The translations under genes were made by a program, and so were the position numbers. Shown here piece by piece: positions 19,399 through 28,023 of a stretch of 64,000 nt of DNA; the first letter of the stretch is position 1, and each line of letters begins with the position of its first letter. Where the stretch lies: the NCBI GenBank assembly GCA_030666865.1, contig DAOUWZ010000001.1, forward strand, positions 44,753-108,752, in the 5' to 3' direction. The DNA is from a bacterium (GTDB lineage: Bacteria; Patescibacteriota; Patescibacteriia; S139-126). Below the pieces are notes generated by a model that was not told where the DNA came from, searched no databases, and was given only the letters and a program-made list of their open reading frames with translations.

Positions 19399-19467
19399 TA
19401 CAAGAAACAAACACCTGCCTGCCGGCAGGCAGGAACTACAAATTAAAAAATTCCAAATCTTAAACCA
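19399..19467. repeat. ~70-nt direct repeat copy A (contains 20-nt palindrome CCTGCCTGCCGGCAGGCAGG)
   Basis: TACAAGAAACAA..ACCTGCCTGCCGGCAGGCAGGAA.TACAAATTAAAAAATTC...AATCT.AAACC. About 90% identical to copy B at 20156..20226. Confidence 0.6.
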
Positions 19468-19527
19468 CCACCATACTATTCCGTTGTATTAGAATAATAA
19501 AACCTGAAAATAATTAAAACCTTACCA

Positions 19528-20118
19528 ATGAGTATAAAATCCATCTCTTATTCAATCCTCTTTATTACTTTATTGATATTCCCACAAATTTCTAAAGCTG
19601 GATTTATTCCCCAAGAATGTCTTGATGAAAAAGCTGAAAATTGTGGATTGGAACAATTTACCGAATTATTTGTTTTTCTTTATTATTTTTCGCTTAAATA
19701 TTTAGGCGCGCTGGCCTTGCTTTTATTTGTAGTTGGTGGAATTATGTGGCTGACTTCTGGAGGTAATCAGGAAAGAGTAGCTAAGGGGAGAAAAATTCTA
19801 GTTGGCACGACTGTGGGTATCATGATTGTGCTGGGCAGTTTTGCAATTGTAAGTAAAATGCAGGAATATATTGGAGTTAGTACAGGCAATAAAGAAACAG
19901 GATCTCCCAATTTTAGAATTCAAGAAAATCCAGATATAAATAAGGATAAAGCATGTCGAATGCAAAATGGAACATGTATGCAATGCACAAAAAAAAATAG
20001 TGACCCAAAAGAACCGATTGACTGCCTTCCTACAACTGCTGATGTTACTCATAGTTGTCAAGGAAAATTTGTTGAGGGATTATGCCCTGGTGGAAAAGAT
20101 AATATGTGTTGTATATAA
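19528..20118 (+). CDS. T4SS-pilin-like (TrbC/VirB2-like) double-TM protein with cysteine-rich C-terminal domain
   Basis: Signal peptide; motif FVVGGIMWLTSGGNQERVAKGRKIL shared with five downstream paralogs. C-terminus ACRMQNGTCMQCTKK...DCLP...HSCQGKFVEGLCPGGKDNMCCI has 10 Cys. Confidence 0.5.
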   Translation: MSIKSISYSILFITLLIFPQISKAGFIPQECLDEKAENCGLEQFTELFVFLYYFSLKYLGALALLLFVVGGIMWLTSGGNQERVAKGRKILVGTTVGIMIVLGSFAIVSKMQEYIGVSTGNKETGSPNFRIQENPDINKDKACRMQNGTCMQCTKKNSDPKEPIDCLPTTADVTHSCQGKFVEGLCPGGKDNMCCI

Positions 20119-20155
20119 GTAGATTGTAGGTAGTGGTTTATAGAAGATAGATATT

Positions 20156-20226
20156 TACAAGAAACAAGATACCTGCCTGCCGGCAGGCAGGAATTACAAA
20201 TTAAAAAATTCACTAATCTAACCAAA
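20156..20226. repeat. ~70-nt direct repeat copy B
   Basis: See copy A. Together the two copies flank only the first pilin-like gene. Confidence 0.6.
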
Positions 20227-20380
20227 GTTGTCTGACCGCTATACATTTATTTGACATTAAATCATTTTGATTTGATTTGATATTTAGATTTTTTAATTTG
20301 TATATAATAATAGTCTGTGTTATAATATTATTAACCCTAAACTAGGGTCATTCGTTAAGAAATAAAAATTACCTTTAGAA

Positions 20381-20389
20381 AGGAGGTGA
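20381..20389 (+). promoter_or_regulatory. Strong Shine-Dalgarno (AGGAGGTGA) for pilin-like gene 2
   Basis: AAAGGAGGTGAAAATATG. TATAAT-like boxes lie at about 20293 and 20318 upstream. Confidence 0.55.
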
Positions 20390-20393
20390 AAAT

Positions 20394-20756
20394 ATGAAAA
20401 AACAAATTTTATCACTCGGAATTTTAACTGCTCTTTTAACTCCATTTGTAGCTTTTGGTCAAACTGATATGTTCGGAACTGGCTATGGAACAGCGATCGG
20501 CCTAGGAACTCAAGATGTTAGAGAAACTATTTCCAAAATTATTAATGTAGTATTAGGAATTTTAGGTATTGTAGTTACTTTGATTATCATTGCTGGTGGT
20601 TTCCGTTGGATGACTGCTGGTGGTAATGAAGAATCTGTTGCTCAAGCTAAAAAGATTATCAGTTCTGGTGTTATTGGTTTATTAATTATTATTGTTGCTT
20701 ACGCTTTATCTAACTGGATCTTCTCAGTTATTATTGGAGCTACTACCACTCCTTAG
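20394..20756 (+). CDS. T4SS-pilin-like (TrbC/VirB2-like) small double-TM protein
   Basis: Signal peptide, then AGGFRWMTAGGNEESVAQAKKII, then second TM helix. 120 aa. Confidence 0.55.
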   Translation: MKKQILSLGILTALLTPFVAFGQTDMFGTGYGTAIGLGTQDVRETISKIINVVLGILGIVVTLIIIAGGFRWMTAGGNEESVAQAKKIISSGVIGLLIIIVAYALSNWIFSVIIGATTTP

Positions 20757-20836
20757 TATTTAAAATTAGTCTAAGTTAATTACCTCTTTTTTTGGTAATT
20801 AACTCAAATAAACAAATTTTGAAAGAAATTTATATA

Positions 20837-21454
20837 ATGGATTCTCAGTTTTCACAAGTTAAAGATAGATCTATACGTTACCATATCACGGTGGCTGTCA
20901 TTCTGATAGCCACCGTGATTATTGGTTGCGGTTTGACCTTGGCTTCTATTTCTGCTGAAGAAATAAATCAAGGTCAGACTCATTTAGCTCAATACTATGG
21001 CTTAGATACTGCAGCTCCCAATGCTTTAACAAAACAGGATGATATCGCTACCCAGTCTGGAAAAATTATTAAAGCTATTTTAGGATTAACAGGTATAATA
21101 TTATTATATTTACTTGTTTTCGGTGGTTTCACTTGGATGACTGCTGGCGGTAATCCAGAAAAAATTGAAAAAGCTAGAAAGTTAATCACCAGCGCTATTA
21201 TTGGTTTCATTTTGATGTTTATGTCATATTCTCTCACTATATTAATTGCTAGAAATTTCTTTACTACGCCTAGTGAATCTCCGACATTAGGTCCAAATTC
21301 ATGTATTTGGACTGATGTAAGTCCTCCAACCACATATTGTTGGCAATGGACTAATGCTCCTCAAGCAGACTGTGATGCTGATGGTGGTACATTTAGCCCT
21401 AACACTCCATGTCCTGGACATACCGCTGACGAAGAAGGAGAATGGCCAATATAA
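20837..21454 (+). CDS. T4SS-pilin-like protein with C-terminal Cys/Trp-rich extension
   Basis: FGGFTWMTAGGNPEKIEKARKLI motif. C-terminus NSCIWTDVSPPTTYCWQWTNAPQADCDADGGTFSPNTPCPGH has 4 Cys. Start taken at ATG 20837; a TTG at 20792 is also possible. Confidence 0.5.
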   Translation: MDSQFSQVKDRSIRYHITVAVILIATVIIGCGLTLASISAEEINQGQTHLAQYYGLDTAAPNALTKQDDIATQSGKIIKAILGLTGIILLYLLVFGGFTWMTAGGNPEKIEKARKLITSAIIGFILMFMSYSLTILIARNFFTTPSESPTLGPNSCIWTDVSPPTTYCWQWTNAPQADCDADGGTFSPNTPCPGHTADEEGEWPI

Positions 21455-21461
21455 AATTATT

Positions 21462-21827
21462 ATGAAAAATATTATAAAAAAAATTTCTATTTTATTTGTT
21501 ACCCTCTTAATAAAAACAAATATTGTCCTAGCTCAAGACCCAGGCGCTATGCTTGGTAAGACAGGTTCTACAGCTGGTTTAAAAAATGTAGACACATCTC
21601 AACTAGTTGGACAAATTATCAAAGGATTTATTGGCTTTATGGGGACTGTTTTTATGTTATTGATAGTATATGCTGGATTTTTATGGATGACTGCCCAAGG
21701 CAATGAAGAAAAAATAACCAAAGCCAAAAATACTATTCAAAGCTCTGTTATTGGTCTTTTAATAGTAGCCCTGTCATATGTGATAGTTCAATTTGTATTT
21801 GACACTCTGATCGGCGCTGGCTTGTGA
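21462..21827 (+). CDS. T4SS-pilin-like small double-TM protein
   Basis: Signal peptide (MKNIIKKISILFVTLLIKTNIVLA), then YAGFLWMTAQGNEEKITKAKNTI. Starts 8 nt after the previous stop. Confidence 0.55.
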   Translation: MKNIIKKISILFVTLLIKTNIVLAQDPGAMLGKTGSTAGLKNVDTSQLVGQIIKGFIGFMGTVFMLLIVYAGFLWMTAQGNEEKITKAKNTIQSSVIGLLIVALSYVIVQFVFDTLIGAGL

Positions 21828-21877
21828 TATAGTATATAGTATTTGGTATGTAGTATATAGGTAAATTCAACCCACTA

Positions 21878-21928
21878 TGTCATTCCGGAATTTTTCTGTA
21901 GTAAAACGAAAGAAAAATATCCGGAATC
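21878..21928. repeat. Paired ATTCCGGAAT palindromes sharing the TGTCATTCC motif with repeat at 1174
   Basis: TGTCATTCCGGAAT ...32 nt... ATCCGGAATC. Confidence 0.35.
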
Positions 21929-21945
21929 TAGAAACAAAAAAATAA

Positions 21946-22341
21946 ATGAAAAAAATATTCAAAAATTTAACTCTTTCCAGTATCACTACTTATTTTTTTA
22001 TGCTGAGTATAAAAATTGCTAATGCTTCAGCTCTGACAGATGCTCAAAAAGCAGCTAGTGATTCAGCTGATGCTGGAGGGTTAGCTAAAGATCAAGAATT
22101 ATCTGATGTTATAGGAACTATTATCAACTCCGCCATCGGGCTCTTGGGTAGTATTTTTATGTTATTGATAGTATATAGCGGGTTTTTATGGATGACTGCT
22201 CAAGGTAATGAGGAGCAAATTGGAAAAGCTAAAAAAATACTACAAAACTCCTCGATTGGACTATTGATAGTTATTTTATCTTTCTTAATATCACTATTTA
22301 TAATTAATGTAATAATTAAGGCTGAGAATCCAAATGTTTAA
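21946..22341 (+). CDS. T4SS-pilin-like small double-TM protein
   Basis: YSGFLWMTAQGNEEQIGKAKKIL motif; 131 aa. Confidence 0.55.
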   Translation: MKKIFKNLTLSSITTYFFMLSIKIANASALTDAQKAASDSADAGGLAKDQELSDVIGTIINSAIGLLGSIFMLLIVYSGFLWMTAQGNEEQIGKAKKILQNSSIGLLIVILSFLISLFIINVIIKAENPNV

Positions 22342-22759
22342 TTATAAAAAAATATCATTCATTTTTGTGTTATCCTTGTTAATTTTTAATTTATTAGCAA
22401 TACCAATTTTAGTATCAGCTCAAACAACCACTCCAGCTAGTGTTAGAATCAAAGAAGGGATTACAGATACTGGGGCAAAAGCAGGCCTTGTTCAAGAAGG
22501 TACTGAAACAGAGCTACCGCTTATTATTATGAGAATTGTTAAACAATTACTTGCACTGCTTGGTACAATATTTACTATTTTGATAATGTATGGCGGATTT
22601 TTATGGATGACTGCTGGCGGAAATGAAGAACAAGTTGGCAAGGCTAGAAAAATATTGCAAAATGCCGTCATTGGTTTATTAATAGTGGCTCTATCTTATG
22701 CTATCAGCACTTTTATTATTGGTAATGTCCAAAAAGAAGTTGATCAAATTTATTTTTAG
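22334..22759 (+). CDS. T4SS-pilin-like small double-TM protein
   Basis: YGGFLWMTAGGNEEQVGKARKIL motif; 141 aa. Overlaps the previous gene by 8 nt. Confidence 0.55.
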   Translation: MFNYKKISFIFVLSLLIFNLLAIPILVSAQTTTPASVRIKEGITDTGAKAGLVQEGTETELPLIIMRIVKQLLALLGTIFTILIMYGGFLWMTAGGNEEQVGKARKILQNAVIGLLIVALSYAISTFIIGNVQKEVDQIYF

Positions 22760-22772
22760 GTTCAGCTTATAT

Positions 22773-22807
22773 AAAAAATCAGATTGTTAACAAACAATCT
22801 GATTTTT
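22773..22807 (+). terminator. Rho-independent terminator ending the pilin-like array
   Basis: AAAAATCAGATTGTT-AACA-AACAATCTGATTTTTT perfect hairpin plus T-run. Confidence 0.7.
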
Positions 22808-22918
22808 TGATTGATATTAATATGTAGTGACAGAGCAATGCTTTGTCACTACGGTTTAAAAAAATAAATATTATATTGTTCAACTCTAGGTGTGGGTTTT
22901 ATTTAATATACATCTTTC

Positions 22919-22956
22919 ATAAGTCCGACTTCTGGGACTCTAGAAGTCGGACTTAT
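22919..22956. repeat. GC-rich palindrome with ATAAGTCCGA / TCGGACTTAT termini (second family member)
   Basis: ATAAGTCCGACTTCTGGGACTCTAGAAGTCGGACTTAT. The termini are identical to 12662..12697 but the centre differs. Confidence 0.6.
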
Positions 22957-22984
22957 GTACTTTTATAAATATTACCTAAAAAAA

Positions 22985-23014
22985 GAAAAAGCGGAAAACT
23001 GGTTCCGCCTTTTT
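22985..23014. terminator. Bidirectional terminator
   Basis: AAAAAGCGGAA-AACTGG-TTCCGCCTTTTTT, between the pilin array (+) and the lipoprotein gene (-). Confidence 0.6.
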
Positions 23015-23028
23015 TGAAAATTAAATCT

Positions 23029-23376
23029 TTATTGTCGTGTTCGTTTGCGAGCGTCCCTTGCTCGCATACGCTGAATAGATTCTTTGATCATGGCTCTGTC
23101 CTGTTCTGGACTTCCTGGAGCGCCTGTCATCCAAGCAGTACGATACCGGCTATAATCATAATTAATACGATAAATTATATGCTCATCCGGAGCATACATT
23201 ACTTTGATAATTAATTCATTAGCCTCCTTGGCGGTATAAAAACCTCCTTTCTTCATTTCCAAAACTTTCTCGGAAATTGAACGCTTGGTATAAGCGTTAA
23301 TTTGACCAATATTATAACAACTGGTCAATAAAATAACGCTTACCAACAATACAAATAAGATAATTGATCTTTTCAT
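23029..23376 (-). CDS. Hypothetical lipoprotein
   Basis: Signal peptide with lipobox LLTSC; 115 aa; Arg-rich C-terminal tail. Confidence 0.5.
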   Translation of the reverse strand: MKRSIILFVLLVSVILLTSCYNIGQINAYTKRSISEKVLEMKKGGFYTAKEANELIIKVMYAPDEHIIYRINYDYSRYRTAWMTGAPGSPEQDRAMIKESIQRMRARDARKRTRQ

Positions 23377-23765
23377 TGCACACCTCCATAATAATTTATA
23401 TTTCTGTTAATGATACTTTAAATCATTATAAAATAACATAAATATCAATATTTGTCAATGACATTAAAAAAAGATAAAATAAAGATAAGAAATTAAATAC
23501 TTATTAAAATACCTATTTAAATAAGTATTTAATTTTTATATACAATATGACACACCCCGTCTTTGGCTAAAGCCAAAGCCACCCCTCTTGATAGAGGGGA
23601 ATAGCGACCGTAACGTTTTAATTAATAAATAAAGGAAAAGCAGGAATGACAGTAGAGATGCAAGAATAACAATACACCACCTTGTCACCTCTGCGCAGGC
23701 AGGGGTCTAGAAAATAAAAAAATATAATAATTTTAACTGGAACTAAAAATAAATTTAAAAACCAA

Positions 23766-25598
23766 GTGAAAATACTTAAAAATAAATTAAAACTAAATAA
23801 AAATATTATCTGGCTGGGAATTGGAATATATATTCTTCTACTGACAGCAATTACTTGGTTTAAATATTACCAACTTGGCTATAACGCGCTGGATTTAGCT
23901 ATTTTTAATAATATTTTTTTCAATGCCGCAAATGGCAATGGTTTCTGGTCATCTATTCAAGGTCATCATTATTTTGCTGATCATTTCGCGCCATGGCTTT
24001 ACGCCTTATTACCTATTTACTGGCTATGGCAATCCCCGCTTAACTTACTAATTATTCAGTCGGTTATTTTGAGCCTATCCGCTTGGCCGATTTACTTGAT
24101 TGCTAAAAAAATATTAAACCAAAAAGCAGCTATTATTTTATCACTGGCTTGGTTGCTTAATCCGCTAGTTTGGAATATAAATCTGCATGAATGGCACATT
24201 CTCCCCCTAGCCATCCCCTTGATACTACTGGCTTATTATTTTTATCTACAAAACAATTTAGGCAAATTCACTATTTTTATTCTATTAGCGATGCTGGTCC
24301 GGGAAGATGTGGCGATTGTAACTGGAATGTTTTCCATACTGGCCTTGCTAGACAAAAAAAAGCTCAAATGGATCATATTACCGGGATTATTAAGCGGGAT
24401 TTATTTCCTTGGTACCATGAAACTAATTAGTTTTTTTACTACCACTGGAACCAGATTTGCTATTTATTATCAATGGCTCATAAATACAACTTTTATTGAT
24501 TTTATTAAACATATTTTAAGCCTGGGTAATTTGGAAATGATTTTGGGCTTAACTCTAGCTTTTTTATTTCTACCATTTTTAAAACCAAAATATCTAATCC
24601 TGGCTTTGGGACCATTTTTACAATTTGTTTTAGGACGACCTGGTGGCAGCAACTTAATGATTGACACACATTACTCTAGTTTGTTCATTCCTGGACTCGT
24701 AATCAGTTCTCTTTGGGCAATTAAAATATTGCCACATAAGAACCCTCGCTTAAATAAATTAATAAAATTTGATCCTGGACTGACCAAACTAATCATTGTC
24801 TGCTGTCTGATATATTTAGTGATATTTTTGGGACCTGGACTTGGTGTTGGTAAAAAAATTATTAATCGCACGAACTATTCAGAATTGACTGAAAAAATAG
24901 CAACTATCCCAATAGAAGCTAGTGTAGCAACTGGATATTCACTATTGCCAATTTTATCATCTCGGATAAATACATATTCCCTGCATTATATTATGATTGG
25001 CAAGGAACAGTTCTCAGAAAATCAATATTTTTACACTACTCCTGATTATATTTTGATTGACAGTGACGATTTAATAACTTATGAATTACAATTTTCAAAT
25101 AATCCATATTATTCAAAATATTATCCCAAAGGCTTGGATAATATTCGCGATCTATTTTTATCAGGTCATACAGAAAACTATAGTGATATCAGGTATACAA
25201 CATATCAATCAAGCAATAACTTAATAACTTTTGAACAAGCCAAAAAAGACTTTATTAAACCAATAACGGTTTATCAGCTACCTCCTTTCACTATATATGT
25301 TGAGAATAATATCTTATACTGGGAAATTGAAAAAAAGGTAGATAAAAATTACTTCATCGCTGTCACTGGAGACGATTACACAAACTTTATTAAACCAATA
25401 AATCTTCTTACTCCAACTAGCCTTTGGAGTGATGAACTAATTTATAAATTACCATTACCAATATCTAAAAAAGATACCACCATATCAATTCAACTTTTAA
25501 CTATAGACAGTCAAATAGAAATAGACAGCTGGCGCGGAATAAAAAATAGTCCTAAACAAGAAATTATCGGCGAACCTATTGAGATAACTTTAAATTAA
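23766..25598 (+). CDS. DUF2079-like polytopic membrane protein (putative GT-C-type glycosyltransferase)
   Basis: N-terminal YYQLGYNALDLAIFNNIFFNAANGNGFWSSIQGHHYFADHFAPWLYALLPIYW resembles the DUF2079 family signature. 610 aa; multi-TM plus C-terminal soluble domain. Confidence 0.45.
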   Translation: MKILKNKLKLNKNIIWLGIGIYILLLTAITWFKYYQLGYNALDLAIFNNIFFNAANGNGFWSSIQGHHYFADHFAPWLYALLPIYWLWQSPLNLLIIQSVILSLSAWPIYLIAKKILNQKAAIILSLAWLLNPLVWNINLHEWHILPLAIPLILLAYYFYLQNNLGKFTIFILLAMLVREDVAIVTGMFSILALLDKKKLKWIILPGLLSGIYFLGTMKLISFFTTTGTRFAIYYQWLINTTFIDFIKHILSLGNLEMILGLTLAFLFLPFLKPKYLILALGPFLQFVLGRPGGSNLMIDTHYSSLFIPGLVISSLWAIKILPHKNPRLNKLIKFDPGLTKLIIVCCLIYLVIFLGPGLGVGKKIINRTNYSELTEKIATIPIEASVATGYSLLPILSSRINTYSLHYIMIGKEQFSENQYFYTTPDYILIDSDDLITYELQFSNNPYYSKYYPKGLDNIRDLFLSGHTENYSDIRYTTYQSSNNLITFEQAKKDFIKPITVYQLPPFTIYVENNILYWEIEKKVDKNYFIAVTGDDYTNFIKPINLLTPTSLWSDELIYKLPLPISKKDTTISIQLLTIDSQIEIDSWRGIKNSPKQEIIGEPIEITLN

Positions 25599-25611
25599 GT
25601 TGTATTGGACA

Positions 25612-25647
25612 TACATCCGATGTCGGGAGTTCCCGACATCGGATGTA
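25612..25647. repeat. GC-rich palindrome (17-bp perfect arms) between convergent genes
   Basis: TACATCCGATGTCGGGA-GT-TCCCGACATCGGATGTA. Confidence 0.55.
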
Positions 25648-25664
25648 TATCAGCTTATCAACTT

Positions 25665-27305
25665 TTACTCAACAAACTTAAATATACTAACCTCTTCATT
25701 TTGAAATACCAACTCCAAATAATCTTTATTGTAAGGATTGTAGGATCCAACTGAACGCTCTTGTTCACTATAAAATATATGAGTAATTCCATTATTCTTT
25801 AGCCAAAAATATTTTTTTTCATCCTGTCTATTATTAACAAAAAATATCCAAATCAAGCCTGTCTTAGCTTCATAATAAGCTGTTTCTACTCCATGACTGG
25901 CATAAACCCTTCTGCCTGCCACGCCTGGTATATAGTTACCAACCTTAGGTCCGCAAAATATTCTGGCATCTTGCTTGGTATTATTTTTCAACCAAATCAT
26001 TCCTTTATATAAATCCGCGGAATAATAAAAATGTTCTTCACCATCAACATAATAAACAGCATCCCTGGCAACATTATAAATACTAGATGGTATTAAAAAA
26101 AATAATATTAATAATCCAACGCCAATGTATTTATTGATTTTTTTAATTTTAATATTAGAACTAAAAAAATTATAAAGCCATCCAACAAATAAAATCATCA
26201 ATGGTATTTGTAAACCTTGCAACATACGTCGCTGCCAAGGTATTGGCAAATAAATCAATATTATTTGTACTATTATCCAAATAATCAAAAATAGATTATT
26301 TGGATTTTTTATTTTCTTATTTTTTATCAATTTATAAATTTGCCAAAGCGCTAATGGTAAAATTATACTAAAACCAGCTATCACCATTGATATATGAGGA
26401 GTAGGAGTCAAATTTTGAGCTGCTTTTACTACTGTTAGCCAATCACCAGCCATGTAATAAATATGATAAAAAACTCCAACTGAAGATATTACCCCAAAAA
26501 CAAAAAGTGGAATTAAGCTTTTTTGCGCTTTCTCTTTATCAACAAACAATAAAACTAACCAATAAATTCCAACTACAAAGTATACAGGTAAAATATGAAA
26601 AGGATGTCCAATAAATAATAAAATTCCGAGCAGACCAACACCAACACTATATAAATACGCTTTTAAGCGCGACATATTTTTATTAATTACAAGCAATAGT
26701 AATAAGTAAATAACTAATATTAACATCCATGAAATTAAATAATGCGGTGAATGCAGTATGGAAAGAAAAATAAATGCTTCTGGCACCCACATATCAATTG
26801 GCCAAAATAAAGTCGTAGCATAATCAGGCAGTAAACGAGACAAAGACAGTATCAGCCAAATGCCAACTCCCGTAGTTGTGGTTAATAACAATAAAGCAGT
26901 CCAAACTTGTTTTTTATTATTAAAAAAATATTTCAAAAAATACATTATCACCACGAGCAATATCCCTGTGCATAATATTCTAGCAATATGAAAGGTTACC
27001 AAAGGAGTTAAGCTAAAAAATTTTCCAAACAATCCGATCAAAAGCCAAAAAGGCCGAAACATCGGCCAGCTGTCCTCTGTAGTAAAAAGAGTATTTAAAA
27101 GATAATTACCGTCATTTATTTGGCTTAAATAAGATAAGTAAACATTAATATCGCCAAAAGCTAAGGAATGAATACCAGAAATAATTTCACCAGATTGAAT
27201 ATGCGAGTAAGAAAATAGCATTGGCAATAAAGAAATAAATGACAAAATAAACCAAAGCCCTAGCAGTCCCAACCAATCTTTTTTACTAAAAAATTTATTA
27301 CTCAT
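25665..27305 (-). CDS. Polytopic membrane protein, GT-C-like glycosyltransferase candidate
   Basis: 546 aa with more than 10 TM helices and a C-terminal periplasmic domain. Immediately upstream of the polyprenyl-phosphate-mannose synthase gene. Confidence 0.35.
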   Translation of the reverse strand: MSNKFFSKKDWLGLLGLWFILSFISLLPMLFSYSHIQSGEIISGIHSLAFGDINVYLSYLSQINDGNYLLNTLFTTEDSWPMFRPFWLLIGLFGKFFSLTPLVTFHIARILCTGILLVVIMYFLKYFFNNKKQVWTALLLLTTTTGVGIWLILSLSRLLPDYATTLFWPIDMWVPEAFIFLSILHSPHYLISWMLILVIYLLLLLVINKNMSRLKAYLYSVGVGLLGILLFIGHPFHILPVYFVVGIYWLVLLFVDKEKAQKSLIPLFVFGVISSVGVFYHIYYMAGDWLTVVKAAQNLTPTPHISMVIAGFSIILPLALWQIYKLIKNKKIKNPNNLFLIIWIIVQIILIYLPIPWQRRMLQGLQIPLMILFVGWLYNFFSSNIKIKKINKYIGVGLLILFFLIPSSIYNVARDAVYYVDGEEHFYYSADLYKGMIWLKNNTKQDARIFCGPKVGNYIPGVAGRRVYASHGVETAYYEAKTGLIWIFFVNNRQDEKKYFWLKNNGITHIFYSEQERSVGSYNPYNKDYLELVFQNEEVSIFKFVE

Positions 27306-28023
27306 AATATTTTTTAATGCTGGTGAACCTCAATTTAATTACTATATAAAAAAACTTAAAAATTTCTTTATAAGAAAGTTTGGACTTTCCTTTTGCTCGG
27401 TCATTAAAAATTACTGGCACTTCTTTTATTTTTCCCTGCAAGCGTTCTGTCAGCCACACTAATTCTTCTTGAAAAGAATAGCCACTGCTGTTTATTTTAT
27501 CAAGTGGCAATTTCGCTATCATGGATTTTCGATAACATCTGAAACCAGCTGTTACATCTTTTGTTTTTAACCCAAGTATAACCCTAGAAAAATCCATTGC
27601 TCCTCTGCTCATAAATCTTCTCAAGAATCCCCAGCCAACTATATCCCCTCCTTTAATTCTTCTGGAACCAATTATCAAATCATAACCTTCTTTGGCTGCA
27701 GCAACAAGCTTAGGAATATCATTTGGGTCGTGTGAAAAATCCGCATCCATCTCCATGATATATTCAGCCTGATCTAATAAAGCTTTTTTAAAACCTTGAA
27801 TATAAGCACTGCCAATCCCCATTTTACCTGACCGATGCAATACTTCAATATTATATTTATCTGCTAATCTATCAGCCATTTCACCAGTGCCATCAGGAGA
27901 ATTATCATCAATAATTAATACTTTTATTTCTAAATCTAATAAAAAAATTTTTTCTACCAGTTTAGAAATATTTTCTGCCTCATTATAAGTTGGAATTATT
28001 ATATAAATCATATTAATGATCAT
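27298..28023 (-). CDS. Polyprenol/dolichol-phosphate mannosyltransferase (GT2)
   Basis: IIIPTYNEAENI...LIIDDNSPDGTGE...MDADFSHDP carries the classic GT2 DXD / Dpm1-like motifs. Confidence 0.8.
   Translation of the reverse strand: MIINMIYIIIPTYNEAENISKLVEKIFLLDLEIKVLIIDDNSPDGTGEMADRLADKYNIEVLHRSGKMGIGSAYIQGFKKALLDQAEYIMEMDADFSHDPNDIPKLVAAAKEGYDLIIGSRRIKGGDIVGWGFLRRFMSRGAMDFSRVILGLKTKDVTAGFRCYRKSMIAKLPLDKINSSGYSFQEELVWLTERLQGKIKEVPVIFNDRAKGKSKLSYKEIFKFFYIVIKLRFTSIKKYYE

Noticed and set aside
19399-20226. CRISPR array
   Set aside because: Only two copies of a 70-nt repeat separated by a 690-nt protein-coding gene. There is no regular spacer array and no cas genes.
20995-21454. Antisense ORF 20995..21333 and the upstream-extended start (21354) of pilin-like gene 4
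   Set aside because: The extension overlaps the Cys-rich tail of the previous gene in another frame. The signal-peptide start at 21462 fits all paralogs.
24191-24871. Short ORFs 24191..24430(+), 24470..24667(-), 24671..24871(-)
   Set aside because: Embedded in the DUF2079 membrane-protein gene.
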